In this document: one piece after another, positions 1-10,258 of the stretch
How positions within the stretch are numbered: the stretch's first letter is position 1
How the letters are laid out: each line of letters begins with the position of its first letter
Source of the DNA: an uncultured Bacilli bacterium
GTDB taxonomy: Bacteria > Bacillota_I > Bacilli_A > RFN20 > DUOF01
Length of the DNA stretch: 64,000 nucleotides
NCBI GenBank assembly: GCA_934183255.1
Contig: CAKPSD010000001.1
Location: forward strand, 517,728 to 581,727
Direction: 5' to 3'
Notes under the pieces: model-generated
The model's database searches: none
Told to the model about the DNA's origin: nothing
What the model saw: only the letters and a program-made list of their open reading frames with translations
Program-made: the position numbers and the translations under genes

Positions 1-1096
1 AAATATCCACCTTATCACTATTTATTACTTTATTTGCTTTAAGAGTAATCTTATCTTTTAGTTTATAATCATCATTAGCTATTATCTCATTTATTTTTAA
101 AGGATATCTTCCCTCTTTCAAACTAACATTATTATTTCTAATAACATTAAAATTACTAATATCATATAAATTATTCATTAATAAATCATAATTATTATAA
201 ATAGTATAGTTATTCTTCTTTAAAATATCTTTTGTTTTACTTCCTATATTAAAACATCTTTTTATTATTAAATTTTCTTCACTTTTCTTTTCACATTCCT
301 TTAAATAAAACTTATTATAATCTAAAGAATTACTAATACTCTCATTACACACATTATTAAAACATTCCCTCAAATTTGAAGTAAACAAAAGCATAAAACA
401 AATAAAAAAATATATTATAAAAAAAATAAAATTATTTCTCTTATTATTTTTAAAAGATACTCTTTTATATTTTCTTACTTTATATTTAGGTTTACTTCTT
501 TTTAAAACTTCTTTTTTATTATTTTTCTTCTTTATTAACCCTACTTTTTTATTCTTTATTTCATATATCTCATCACTATATTTCTTAATAAAATTTAAGT
601 CATGGCTAACTAAAAGAACTATTTTATCTTTGCTAATTCTCTTTAAACAATTCATTATTAAAGAAGCATTATATTTATCTAAGTGACTAGTAGGCTCATC
701 AAAAATTATTATTTCATTATTAGAGTGTGCTCCTAGTATACATATAATTCTTTGCTTCTCTCCAAAAGATAATTCTTTTAAATAATTATCTTTCTTATTA
801 AAAAGATGAAAACTCTTTAAAACATTTATATCTATATTAAACATTTTAAAATAATCTTTAACTTTTAAATTTTCTATTAAATGTAACTCTTGAGATATAA
901 AAATAGTTTTATGCTTATTTTTTATTTTTCCTTTACTAGGTTTTATTATTTTCCATATTATATTTAATAAAGTTGTCTTACCACATCCATTATCCCCTAT
1001 AAATGAATAAATACCTGGATTATTAATAACTAAATTAACATTAGAAAATAATAACTTTTTCTTATATTTCTTTTTCAAATTTTTTAACTGTATCAA
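1..1096 (-). CDS. ABC transporter, fused ATP-binding/permease protein (MacB/FtsX-like); partial, C-terminus lies beyond the window start
   Basis: Minus-strand translation gives Walker A GDNGCGKTT, signature LSFGEKQR and Walker B IIFDEPTSHLD. A TM helix and extracytoplasmic region follow. The frame stays open to position 1. Likely TTG start at 1096, preceded by AAGGGG. The gene is absent from the ORF track because its stop lies outside the window. Confidence 0.6.
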   Translation of the reverse strand, partial: MIQLKNLKKKYKKKLLFSNVNLVINNPGIYSFIGDNGCGKTTLLNIIWKIIKPSKGKIKNKHKTIFISQELHLIENLKVKDYFKMFNIDINVLKSFHLFNKKDNYLKELSFGEKQRIICILGAHSNNEIIIFDEPTSHLDKYNASLIMNCLKRISKDKIVLLVSHDLNFIKKYSDEIYEIKNKKVGLIKKKNNKKEVLKRSKPKYKVRKYKRVSFKNNKRNNFIFFIIYFFICFMLLFTSNLRECFNNVCNESISNSLDYNKFYLKECEKKSEENLIIKRCFNIGSKTKDILKKNNYTIYNNYDLLMNNLYDISNFNVIRNNNVSLKEGRYPLKINEIIANDDYKLKDKITLKANKVINSDKVDI

Positions 1097-1137
1097 AAAA
1101 GGTCCCCTTAATATCTATATAAGGAACCTTCTTAAAA

Positions 1138-1326
1138 TTACTCACTTACTTCTATTTTTTTTACACTTTTTTCAAATTTATATTTACTTATCATTACTGT
1201 ATGGCCACATCCCATGCATTTTATCTTAACATCTGCACCTACTCTAATGATCTTCCATTTGTCACATTTAGTAGCGCATGGATGAGCTTTTTTAGTAATA
1301 GCTATATCATTTAATTTATATTCCAT
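1138..1326 (-). CDS. DUF951-family small protein
   Basis: 62 aa, Cys-rich, with the conserved small-protein pattern. Translationally coupled to fhs by an ATGA overlap. Confidence 0.45.
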   Translation of the reverse strand: MEYKLNDIAITKKAHPCATKCDKWKIIRVGADVKIKCMGCGHTVMISKYKFEKSVKKIEVSE

Positions 1327-2999
1327 TAAAACAATCCCTCAATCTTTCCTTCTTTGTCCATATCTATTTTAGTAGCAGCAGGAACTCTAGGAAGTCCTGG
1401 CATTGTCATAACGCTACCTGTAATAACTACTGCAAATTTTACTCCATTAGATATACGGATTTCTCTAACATGAATATCAAAATTACTTGGTCTTCCTATT
1501 ACCTTTTCATCATCACTTAAAGACATTGGAGTTTTAGCCATACATACTAATAAATTATTATCCAAATCATTTTCTCTAAGAGCTTTAATATTTTCTAAAG
1601 CAGTCTCGCTATATATAACATTACTTGCTCCATATATTTCTTTGCATATTGTTTCAATTTTATTTTCTAAAGTATCACTAACATCATATATTTGCTTAAA
1701 CTTGCTATTGCCTTTTTCACAAGCCTCAATTACTTTTTTAGCTAGTTCAATAGCCCCTTCTCCACCTTTTGCAAATCCTTCGCATAATGCTACTTCATAA
1801 TTATTTTCTTTACACCAATCAAGTAATAATTTAACTTCCTTATCTGTATCAGTAAAGAATTTATTAATTGCTACAACTACTGGAAGATTATATTTTTTAA
1901 TATTCTCTAGATGTTTAGCTAAGTTAGGAATACCTAATTTTAAAGAATTTAAATCTTCTTTATCTAATTCTTCCTTAGATAATCCTCCATGCATCTTTAA
2001 TGCTCTAATTGTAGCCACTACAACTACTGCATTAGGTTTTAAATTGCCTTCCCTGCATTTAATATCTAAAAATTTTTCTGCTCCTAAATCCGCACCAAAC
2101 CCTGCCTCAGTAATACAATAATCTGCTAACTTTAACCCAAGACTAGTAGCAATCAAAGAATTACATCCATGAGCAATATTAGCAAATGGTCCTCCATGAA
2201 TTAAAACTGGAGTATTCTCTAAAGTTTGAACTAAATTAGGTTTAATTGCATCTTTCATTAACACCTTTAAAGAACCTACTATTTTTAAATCTTTTACTTT
2301 AACTACTTTGTTATCATAAGTATAAGCTACAATTGCCTCACCAATTCTACATGCAAAATCATCTAAATCTTTACACAAACACAAAATAGCCATTACTTCA
2401 CTAGCAACAGTAATATTAAAGCCATCTTTTCTCTCTACACCATTTTTATTACCTTGTCCTACTGTAACTTCTCTTAAAGCTCTATCATTTAAATCAACAC
2501 ATCTTTTCCAAACTATTCTAGTAGGATCTATGTTTAATTCATTACCAAAATAAATAGAATTATCAATGCAAGCACTAATTAAGTTGTTAACACTAGTAAT
2601 CGCATGCATATCTCCAGTAAAATGAAGGTTTATGTCTTCCATTGGTACAACCTGTGCATATCCTCCACCTGCTGCTCCTCCCTTAAGCCCAAATACTGGT
2701 CCCATTGATGGTTCTCTTAAAGCTAAAACAGCTTTTTTATTTAATTTAGCAAAGGCTTCTCCAAGACCTATAGTAGTTGTTGTCTTTCCCTCTCCTGCTT
2801 TAGTGGGATTAATCGCAGTAACAAGCACTAACTTACCATCTTTTTTATCTTTCAAATCTTTTAAAATATCTAAGTTTATTTTAGCCTTGTACTTACCATA
2901 CATCTCTAAATAATCATCACTAATATCTAGCTTTTTAGCTATTTCACTAATTAGTTCCATTTTACATTCTCTTGCTATCTCTATATCTGTTTTAAACAT
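1326..2999 (-). CDS. fhs: formate--tetrahydrofolate ligase
   Basis: 557 aa with the hallmark [15 protein letters not shown] and an FTHFS-length protein. Confidence 0.95.
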   Translation of the reverse strand: MFKTDIEIARECKMELISEIAKKLDISDDYLEMYGKYKAKINLDILKDLKDKKDGKLVLVTAINPTKAGEGKTTTTIGLGEAFAKLNKKAVLALREPSMGPVFGLKGGAAGGGYAQVVPMEDINLHFTGDMHAITSVNNLISACIDNSIYFGNELNIDPTRIVWKRCVDLNDRALREVTVGQGNKNGVERKDGFNITVASEVMAILCLCKDLDDFACRIGEAIVAYTYDNKVVKVKDLKIVGSLKVLMKDAIKPNLVQTLENTPVLIHGGPFANIAHGCNSLIATSLGLKLADYCITEAGFGADLGAEKFLDIKCREGNLKPNAVVVVATIRALKMHGGLSKEELDKEDLNSLKLGIPNLAKHLENIKKYNLPVVVAINKFFTDTDKEVKLLLDWCKENNYEVALCEGFAKGGEGAIELAKKVIEACEKGNSKFKQIYDVSDTLENKIETICKEIYGASNVIYSETALENIKALRENDLDNNLLVCMAKTPMSLSDDEKVIGRPSNFDIHVREIRISNGVKFAVVITGSVMTMPGLPRVPAATKIDMDKEGKIEGLF

Positions 3000-3056
3000 A
3001 GTATCTCTCCCCCTTAATATTATGTTTTTAAAATAAAAGGCAAGCTTAACTTACCC

Positions 3057-3464
3057 TTATTTATTAACTTCTTTTTTAATATCTTCCACCTTTAATCTAA
3101 TCATTTTAACAAGTGAGAAAACATCTAACTTTTTACCTGAAGCAAAATTAGGAACAGGAATGTATTTGTCATCAACATATTGACATTCTTCTAACTCAAA
3201 TCCAATAATTTTCTCTTCACTTCCATCTGCAAATTTCACTTCTTTATAATCCATTTCTCTACATTTATTTGCATTAGTAACATTACAATAATAACTAATC
3301 CAACCTCTCTTATCTACTACCTTATCATAGTACTTAGTTAAAAAATTATTTTGTCTTTTAGAAGTAACTCCGCTTTTAGGAGTACATACTGCTAATGGTA
3401 TTGTATTATTGTCTATATAATCATCCAAATCCTCAACATTTATTACATCTACTAATATTTTCAT
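3057..3464 (-). CDS. hypothetical protein
   Basis: 135-aa ORF in an operon position between tcdA and fhs. No recognisable motif. Confidence 0.4.
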   Translation of the reverse strand: MKILVDVINVEDLDDYIDNNTIPLAVCTPKSGVTSKRQNNFLTKYYDKVVDKRGWISYYCNVTNANKCREMDYKEVKFADGSEEKIIGFELEECQYVDDKYIPVPNFASGKKLDVFSLVKMIRLKVEDIKKEVNK

Positions 3465-3550
3465 AAGTTATCAACCCCTGATATTAAAATAATAACATTT
3501 ACTATTTTTTGGTGCAACAATTTAACTAAGAATAGTCTTGTTTTTATTTT

Positions 3551-4279
3551 TTATTGCAAACATTTTTTTAATATATAGTATGCACATAGCATTCCCGCTG
3601 CTGATGGTACAAACATAATACTTGCAGGTGGGCATGTTTCTTTCATCGTTTTGCCATTTACATTTACTATAGTTTGTTGTTTTTTTGGTAATTCATTTGA
3701 AAACACAACATTAATTTTTTTCATATCTTTTAATCTATTATCTTTTCTTACTAATTCTCTAAGTTTTTTACTTACTGGATCATAATTAGTTTTATCTAAA
3801 GTAGTAATAACTAATTTAGTTAAATCCATTCTATTCCCCATACCTGTACTACTTATAAAATCAATATTATTATCTAAACATAATTTTATTAACTCCCATT
3901 TGCAACTAATTGTATCTATTGCATCTACTACAAAATCAGGCTTTTCTTCTATAATTGTATTTATTGTTTCTTTATTTAAAAACATTGAATACTCTTTTAC
4001 TTTAGCATTAGGATTTATATCTAATACTCTTTCTTTTAAAACACTTGTTTTTTCTTTATTTAAAGTAGATTGTAATGCTATTATTTGCCTATTTATATTA
4101 GTAATATCAACTTTATCTTTATCTATCAAAACAAAGTTACTAACCCCTAATCTAGCAAGAGATTCTACTGCATATGATCCTACTCCACCTACTCCTACTA
4201 CACACACTTTTATTAGAGAAAGTTTTTTACAAACTTCTTCTCCAAAATAAAGTTCATTTCTTTCAAATCTATTATCCAT
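3551..4279 (-). CDS. tcdA: ThiF/MoeB-family tRNA threonylcarbamoyladenosine dehydratase (TcdA/CsdL-like)
   Basis: Rossmann motif VVGVGGVGS. Length of 242 aa and overall pattern fit the TcdA subgroup of E1-like enzymes. Confidence 0.7.
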   Translation of the reverse strand: MDNRFERNELYFGEEVCKKLSLIKVCVVGVGGVGSYAVESLARLGVSNFVLIDKDKVDITNINRQIIALQSTLNKEKTSVLKERVLDINPNAKVKEYSMFLNKETINTIIEEKPDFVVDAIDTISCKWELIKLCLDNNIDFISSTGMGNRMDLTKLVITTLDKTNYDPVSKKLRELVRKDNRLKDMKKINVVFSNELPKKQQTIVNVNGKTMKETCPPASIMFVPSAAGMLCAYYILKKCLQ

Positions 4280-5189
4280 TATAATCCCTCACATAATCTT
4301 TAACTTCTTTAACAGTTTCATCAAAGTTATCTAAATTAACATTAAACCATTTTGTATTGAACTGGTTATTAAACCAAGTATATTGCCTTTTAGCATAATT
4401 TCTAGACTTTTTCTTTATTAGATTAATTGCTTCATCTAGAGTAATTTCTCCTCTAAAATAAGAAAATAATTCTTTGTATCCTATTGCTTGTAATGATTTA
4501 TAATTATTATCTTTATATTTATTATATAAATTTCTAGCTTCCCCTACTAAACCATCTTTAATCATTATATCTACTCGTTCATTAATTCTTTCATATAAGA
4601 CATCTCTAGGCAAAGTTAACCCAATAAAGCAAATATCATATATTGGTTTATGATCTTGATTTTCTAAAATATTGCTTTTAGTAGTCTTACTCTTTTCAAT
4701 AATATTAAGCGCTCTAACTACTCTTTTTCTATTATTAACATGTAACTTTAAAGCTTCTTTTTCATCTTTTTCCATTAATAATTTATATACTTCTTCATTA
4801 GATAAATCTTCATATAAATTATCCTTACTCTCTTCATCATTAAACTTATAATCATATAATGCTGCTTTAAGATACAAACCACTACCACCTACAATAATTG
4901 GCAATAAATTAGCATCATTAAACTCTTTTATCTTATTTCTAACATCATTTTGATAATCATAAATTGTATAATTATCTTCAATATTTTTAATATCTAATAA
5001 ATGATGTCTAATATTTTCTTTTTCTTCTTCCTTTATTTTAGCACTTCCAATATTTAATTCTTTATATACTTGCACACTATCTCCATTAATTATTTCACTA
5101 TGAAAATACTTAGCAAGTTCAATACTAAGTTTTGTTTTACCTACTCCTGTAGGTCCTACAATAACTATTACTTTATTCATCTTAAACAA
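4272..5189 (-). CDS. miaA: tRNA dimethylallyltransferase
   Basis: P-loop VIVGPTGVGKT at the N-terminus. 305 aa. Overlaps the mutL end, matching the classic mutL-miaA linkage. Confidence 0.9.
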   Translation of the reverse strand: MFKMNKVIVIVGPTGVGKTKLSIELAKYFHSEIINGDSVQVYKELNIGSAKIKEEEKENIRHHLLDIKNIEDNYTIYDYQNDVRNKIKEFNDANLLPIIVGGSGLYLKAALYDYKFNDEESKDNLYEDLSNEEVYKLLMEKDEKEALKLHVNNRKRVVRALNIIEKSKTTKSNILENQDHKPIYDICFIGLTLPRDVLYERINERVDIMIKDGLVGEARNLYNKYKDNNYKSLQAIGYKELFSYFRGEITLDEAINLIKKKSRNYAKRQYTWFNNQFNTKWFNVNLDNFDETVKEVKDYVRDYNG

Positions 5190-6945
5190 TCCTTTTAAAC
5201 ATTTTATCTAGTTCATAATCACTATAAACTATAATAACTGGTCTACCATGAGGACATGTAAAAGGATTATTACATGTAAATAAGTTATCTAATAAAACTT
5301 GCATTTCTTCAAGTGATAAATTTTTATTTGCTTTAAGAGATGCTTTACATGCTAAAGTAGCAATAGCCTTAATTCTTAAATCTCCTACTTTAATTCTTCC
5401 ATTTGACGATAACACTTGTTCAATCATCTCATCTATGTATTCATTAACATTAGATTCTTTAACCCATAAAGGTATTGAATTAACTTTAAAAGCGTTAATT
5501 CCAAAAGGAACTAAATCTATACCTATCTTTTTAAAATTATCTATATAATCTAATATTCTTATTGCTTGAGCATTACTTACATTAATTACTACTGGTATTA
5601 ATAAATCAGTATATGACCAATTATCTTGATTGTTTAATTCTCTTTGAAACTTTTCATAATTAATACGCTCTGCTGCAGCATGTTGATCTATTAAATATAA
5701 AGCACTTTCATCATATGCTAAGATATATTTAGCGTGATATTGCCCTATTGGTCTTAATCTTATATATTTTTTATCTGTATTCTCTTTGCTTGAATAATCT
5801 ATAACTTGCTCTAACTCTATTTTCTCTTCTTGAATCAAATTCTCATTTATAGGTAATTCTTCATTAGTATTAAAATAAGCTTCCCTATTATAAAAAGTAT
5901 CAACATCTAACTTTATTTGCTCATTTTTACTAGCTGGTTCATTATAAATTCTAGGAGCAATATCAGTAACTTTAAATAGTTCTCTAATAGTTTCCTCTAC
6001 TAATTCTTTTAATTCTCTTTCTTTAGATAATCTAACTTCATGTTTAGCAGGATGAACATTAACATCTACTAGTGTTGGATCTACAGTAATATTTATAACA
6101 GTTATGGGAAATCTATCATCACTTAAATATGTTTTATAGGCTTCAATAACAGCATTAGTAACTCCTATCATCTTTACACATCTACCATTTAAAATAGTAA
6201 TAATAAAGTTTCTATTAGCCTTAGATACTCCAAGAGAACTAGTATATCCTGTTATCTCAAAATCATCAGTACTACTACTGAATTTCTTCATTTCTCTTGC
6301 TACATTAATACCATATAAACTAGAAATAACTTCTAATGTATCATTTCTTCCTGTACTAAAGAAGTTAACTTTATCATCCACATATAAAGTAAAACCAATA
6401 TCAGGATGTGAAAGCGCTAGTTTAGAAACAATTTCATTAATATGTGCTATTTCAACATTATCTGATTTTAAATATTTTAATCTAGCAGGAGTATTATAAA
6501 ATAAGTTTTCTACTTTAATAGTAGTCCCTACTCTAGAAGCACATACAGTATCTTCAACAACCTTACTATCTACTAATTTTAATTTAGTACCTACTTCACC
6601 CTTACAAGTTTCTATAGTTACTTCTGCAACTGCAGCAATTGAAGGTAACGCTTCTCCTCTAAATCCTAATGTATGAATATTAAATAAGTCTCTTTCTTTT
6701 ATAATTTTAGAAGTAGCGTGTCTTTTAAATGCTAAATGGGCATCTTCTTTATCCATTCCTTTACCATTATCACTAACGATAATAGTTTTTTTCCCAGCTT
6801 CTTTTATTTTTATTTCAATTAGTTTAGCACCTGCATCTATAGAGTTTTCTACTAACTCCTTAACTACACTTGCTGGTCTCTCTATTACTTCTCCTGCTGC
6901 AATCTTATTTGCTAAAGAAGGATCTAATTCTCTTATAAAGCCCAT
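5182..6945 (-). CDS. mutL: DNA mismatch repair protein MutL
   Basis: GHKL ATPase motifs (ELVENSIDAG, DNGKGM). 587 aa. Follows mutS. Confidence 0.95.
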   Translation of the reverse strand: MGFIRELDPSLANKIAAGEVIERPASVVKELVENSIDAGAKLIEIKIKEAGKKTIIVSDNGKGMDKEDAHLAFKRHATSKIIKERDLFNIHTLGFRGEALPSIAAVAEVTIETCKGEVGTKLKLVDSKVVEDTVCASRVGTTIKVENLFYNTPARLKYLKSDNVEIAHINEIVSKLALSHPDIGFTLYVDDKVNFFSTGRNDTLEVISSLYGINVAREMKKFSSSTDDFEITGYTSSLGVSKANRNFIITILNGRCVKMIGVTNAVIEAYKTYLSDDRFPITVINITVDPTLVDVNVHPAKHEVRLSKERELKELVEETIRELFKVTDIAPRIYNEPASKNEQIKLDVDTFYNREAYFNTNEELPINENLIQEEKIELEQVIDYSSKENTDKKYIRLRPIGQYHAKYILAYDESALYLIDQHAAAERINYEKFQRELNNQDNWSYTDLLIPVVINVSNAQAIRILDYIDNFKKIGIDLVPFGINAFKVNSIPLWVKESNVNEYIDEMIEQVLSSNGRIKVGDLRIKAIATLACKASLKANKNLSLEEMQVLLDNLFTCNNPFTCPHGRPVIIVYSDYELDKMFKRIV

Positions 6946-6957
6946 TTTTCATACCTC

Positions 6958-9483
6958 CTAATTCATTTTATTTTTTAACTCCACTAAATAACTAAGAGCC
7001 TCCATAGGAGTCATATTTAATGGATCTATATTTCTTATTTCCTTTACATATTCTGGTTCTATTTCTTTTATAATTACTTCTTTTTTCATAGCACTTGTAT
7101 TATCATTTTTCTCTAAATTAGCAAGTATTTGTTTTGCTCTTTCAAGAAGAGTTTCTGGTAAATGAGCTAAACGTGCAACATTAACACCATATGATTTATT
7201 AGCGCATCCATCTTGAAGTGTATACAAGAATGTTACTTTATCATTTTCTTCATAAACCGCTACATTTTTATTAACAATTCCATCAATCTTACTCTCTAAG
7301 AATGTTAATTCATGATAGTGAGTAGAAAATAATGTTTTTGCTTTAATATTTACTGCTATATATTCAATTATTGCTTGTGCTAAAGCCATACCATCATAAG
7401 TAGATGTTCCTCTACCTATTTCATCAAAAATAATTAATGAATTACTAGTAGCGTTTCTAAGAGCATTATTAGCTTCCATCATCTCTACCATGAATGTAGA
7501 CTTACCTGTTGTTAAATCATCACTTGCACCTATACGTGTAAATATTTTATCAAACAAGCATAAACTTGCCTCTTTACATGCTACATAACTACCAATTTGA
7601 GCCATGATTACGGCAATAGCAACTTGTCTCATAATTGTAGATTTACCACCCATATTAGGACCTGTAATAATTTGTAAGAACTTTTCATTATCAATATAAA
7701 CATTGTTCTTAACAAAGTTTTCTTTTCCTACTAATTGCTCTAATACTGGATGTCTTACTTCTTCTAAAGATACTACTCCATCACCATTAAAATTAGGTCT
7801 TACATAGCCATTACTTACTGCTACTTCTGCAAAATCGCTTAAAACATCAACAGATGATAAGATATCTGCTAAGTTTTGAATTTGCTCTGTATATTCTTTT
7901 ACTTTATCTCTTATTTCACTAAATAATTCATACTCTAATTTAACAATCTTTTCTTCTGCCTTTAAAATCATATCTTCTTTTTCTTTTAACTCATTAGTGA
8001 TAAATCTTTCTGCACCAGTTAAAGTTTGTTTTCTAATATAACCAAATTCATCTTTGACCATATCAAGATATGAATTAGTAATTTCAATATAATAACCAAA
8101 TACCTTGTTATAACCAACCTTCAAACTCTTAATACCTGTCTTTTCTCTTTCACTAGCCTCAATACCAGCAATAAAAGCTTTACCATTATGTGATATATAT
8201 TTTAATTCATCTAAATCTTTATTAAAGCCTTCTTTAATTATGCCACCCTCTTTTATTATTAAAGGAGGATTTTCTATAATAGATCTATCAATTAAATCTA
8301 CTATTTCAGGCAATGCTTTTATCTTATCAGATAAAACAAATAAATCCATTTCTCCACTATCTTTTAATAAGTTTTTAATATCAGGAACTACACTTAATGA
8401 TCTCTTTAATTGAATTAAATCTCTAGCATTCGCATTACCATAACTAATTCTTGCTACTAATCTTTCCAAATCATAAACTTCTTTTAATAATTCTATAACT
8501 TGCTTTCTACATATAAAATTATTAACAAAACTATCTACTATTTTTAATCTCTCATCAATTGCCTTTTCATTACATAATGGGTTAGCTATCCATCTCTTTA
8601 GCATTCTTGATCCTGCCGCTGTTTTGCACTTATCTAGTATCCAAAGTAATGATCCATATCTATCTTCACTTCTAAGTGTTCTTGTTAATTCTAGGTTATT
8701 TCTAGAATATCCATCTATTTGTAATAGTTCTGTTTTAGTAATAACTATTGCTTTCTTTAAATAGTCCAAGTTTCTTTTTTGTGTTTTTATTAAGTAACCA
8801 ATTAATCTATTAATAGATTTAATTTGTCTGTAATCACTAACATTTTCACTAATATGAGCATATTCTTTTTCATCCGCTAATTCCTTTTGGTAAGAAATTG
8901 TTAATCTACAATTTTCTTTTATTTTAAGAATCATTTCACTATCAAAATCTTCACTTACTACTATTTCTTTACACTCTAAAGATTCTATTTCACTCTTTAA
9001 TGCATTAAAGTTTCTATCTATATTTAAAACGCTTATTTCTCCAGTAGATAAATCAACATAACTTAATATATAGTTATTTCCTGCTTCTTCAACTTCAAGC
9101 AAGTAGTTGTTTCTTCTTTCATTTAATCCTAAATCAATTAAAGTACCAGGAGTAATTATTTGTACTACATCTCTTTTTACAATGCCTTTTGCTAAAGCAG
9201 GATCTTCTAATTGTTCTACTATTCCTACTTTATATCCTCTATCAATTAATCTTTCAATATATCCTTTTACACTATGATATGGAACTCCACACATTGGAAC
9301 TTTTTCTTCTACTCCTGCATCTCTTCCCGTTAACACTAATTCTAATTCACGAGAAGCAATTTTCGCATCTTCAAAGAACATTTCATAAAAGTCTCCTAAT
9401 CTATAAAAAATTAAAGTATCTTCATATTGTTCCTTAACTTTTAAATATTGAGTCATCATTGGTGTATAATTTTTCTTTTCCAT
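6958..9483 (-). CDS. mutS: DNA mismatch repair protein MutS
   Basis: 841 aa with the N-terminal TPMMTQY and Walker A GPNMGGKST. Confidence 0.95.
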   Translation of the reverse strand: MEKKNYTPMMTQYLKVKEQYEDTLIFYRLGDFYEMFFEDAKIASRELELVLTGRDAGVEEKVPMCGVPYHSVKGYIERLIDRGYKVGIVEQLEDPALAKGIVKRDVVQIITPGTLIDLGLNERRNNYLLEVEEAGNNYILSYVDLSTGEISVLNIDRNFNALKSEIESLECKEIVVSEDFDSEMILKIKENCRLTISYQKELADEKEYAHISENVSDYRQIKSINRLIGYLIKTQKRNLDYLKKAIVITKTELLQIDGYSRNNLELTRTLRSEDRYGSLLWILDKCKTAAGSRMLKRWIANPLCNEKAIDERLKIVDSFVNNFICRKQVIELLKEVYDLERLVARISYGNANARDLIQLKRSLSVVPDIKNLLKDSGEMDLFVLSDKIKALPEIVDLIDRSIIENPPLIIKEGGIIKEGFNKDLDELKYISHNGKAFIAGIEASEREKTGIKSLKVGYNKVFGYYIEITNSYLDMVKDEFGYIRKQTLTGAERFITNELKEKEDMILKAEEKIVKLEYELFSEIRDKVKEYTEQIQNLADILSSVDVLSDFAEVAVSNGYVRPNFNGDGVVSLEEVRHPVLEQLVGKENFVKNNVYIDNEKFLQIITGPNMGGKSTIMRQVAIAVIMAQIGSYVACKEASLCLFDKIFTRIGASDDLTTGKSTFMVEMMEANNALRNATSNSLIIFDEIGRGTSTYDGMALAQAIIEYIAVNIKAKTLFSTHYHELTFLESKIDGIVNKNVAVYEENDKVTFLYTLQDGCANKSYGVNVARLAHLPETLLERAKQILANLEKNDNTSAMKKEVIIKEIEPEYVKEIRNIDPLNMTPMEALSYLVELKNKMN

Positions 9484-9623
9484 ACTTTCACTCCTACTGC
9501 CTTGTTATTATACCATTTCTTTATTTCTTAATAAAGAATTAAAAAGAGTAATTTATTTTAAAATTGATTGTAAAAAATGTTACTTTTGCTATAATATACA
9601 ATGTATTGAAAGGAAGAAGTATT

Positions 9624-10187
9624 ATGTGTTTTTTTTGGAAAAGAAAAAAGAATAAAAAAGAAGAAGTAAAAAAAGAAGAGGTAAAGGTTGAAAAAACTAA
9701 AGTAGAAGAAGAGCCTAAAGAAAAAAAGGCTGCTCCCGTAAAGGGTGAACAAAAGGCAAAAACTGAACAAAAAAATACTACTAAAAAAGAAGATACAAAA
9801 AAGCAACCAGTAACTGAATCAAAAACATCTAAAGCTAAAAATAAAAAGGTTGAAGAAAAAATTGAGACCAAAAAAGCTCCAGTAGCAAATAAAACTATTG
9901 TTAAAAAAGTTGAAGTTAAGGAAGAAAAAGTTGAAGAAAAAGAAGTAAAGAAAGCTCCTGCTAATAAAGTTTACCATGTATCTTTAAGAAAAGATGATGG
10001 AAAGTGGCAAGTAAAATATGGCGGAGGTCAAAAAGCTATAAAGTTATTTGATACTCAAGCTGAAGCTATCAAATTTGCTGAAGAAAGAGCAGAAAGCCAA
10101 GATGGTTCTATTTCTATTCATAAAAAAGATGGAAAAATTAGAAAACAAGATTACAGTAAAAAAGCAGAAAACAAAGAAGATAAATAG
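9624..10187 (+). CDS. Lys/Glu-rich low-complexity protein with C-terminal DUF2188 domain
   Basis: The C-terminal ~65 aa (YHVSLRKDDGKWQVKYGGGQKAIKLFDTQAEAIKFAEERA...IHKKDGKIRKQD) matches the DUF2188 pattern. RBS GGAAG sits 7 nt before the ATG at 9624. The upstream track ORF start at 9564 has no RBS. Confidence 0.6.
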   Translation: MCFFWKRKKNKKEEVKKEEVKVEKTKVEEEPKEKKAAPVKGEQKAKTEQKNTTKKEDTKKQPVTESKTSKAKNKKVEEKIETKKAPVANKTIVKKVEVKEEKVEEKEVKKAPANKVYHVSLRKDDGKWQVKYGGGQKAIKLFDTQAEAIKFAEERAESQDGSISIHKKDGKIRKQDYSKKAENKEDK

Positions 10188-10201
10188 TATAGGTTTTTCA
10201 A

Positions 10202-10231
10202 AGTAGTATTCATAGAATATTACTTTTTTTA
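10202..10231 (+). terminator. rho-independent terminator after DUF2188 gene
   Basis: Imperfect 10-bp stem AGTAGTATTC/GAATATTACT followed by TTTTTTT. Confidence 0.55.
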
Positions 10232-10258
10232 TATATTAAAAAGAAAGGATGTAATGAA

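Noticed and set aside
2632-2913. Antisense ORF inside fhs, with similar embedded ORFs inside mutS, PFOR, hydS, mgtE, ddl, rnj and other genes
   Set aside because: They are fully contained in strong, motif-bearing genes on the opposite strand and have no independent signals.
3057-3464. Hfq downstream of miaA
   Set aside because: The 135-aa ORF is too long and lacks the Sm1/Sm2 motifs. No Hfq-like ORF is present in the operon.
9539-9871. Two antisense ORFs (110 and 82 aa) opposite the KE-rich gene
   Set aside because: They are the low-complexity Phe/Leu-rich complement of a Lys/Glu-rich coding region.
10188-10258. T-box leader upstream of proS, and similarly upstream of lysS at 15231-15294
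   Set aside because: These leaders are only 65-70 nt, far too short for a T-box of 200 nt or more. No specifier or T-box sequence is visible.
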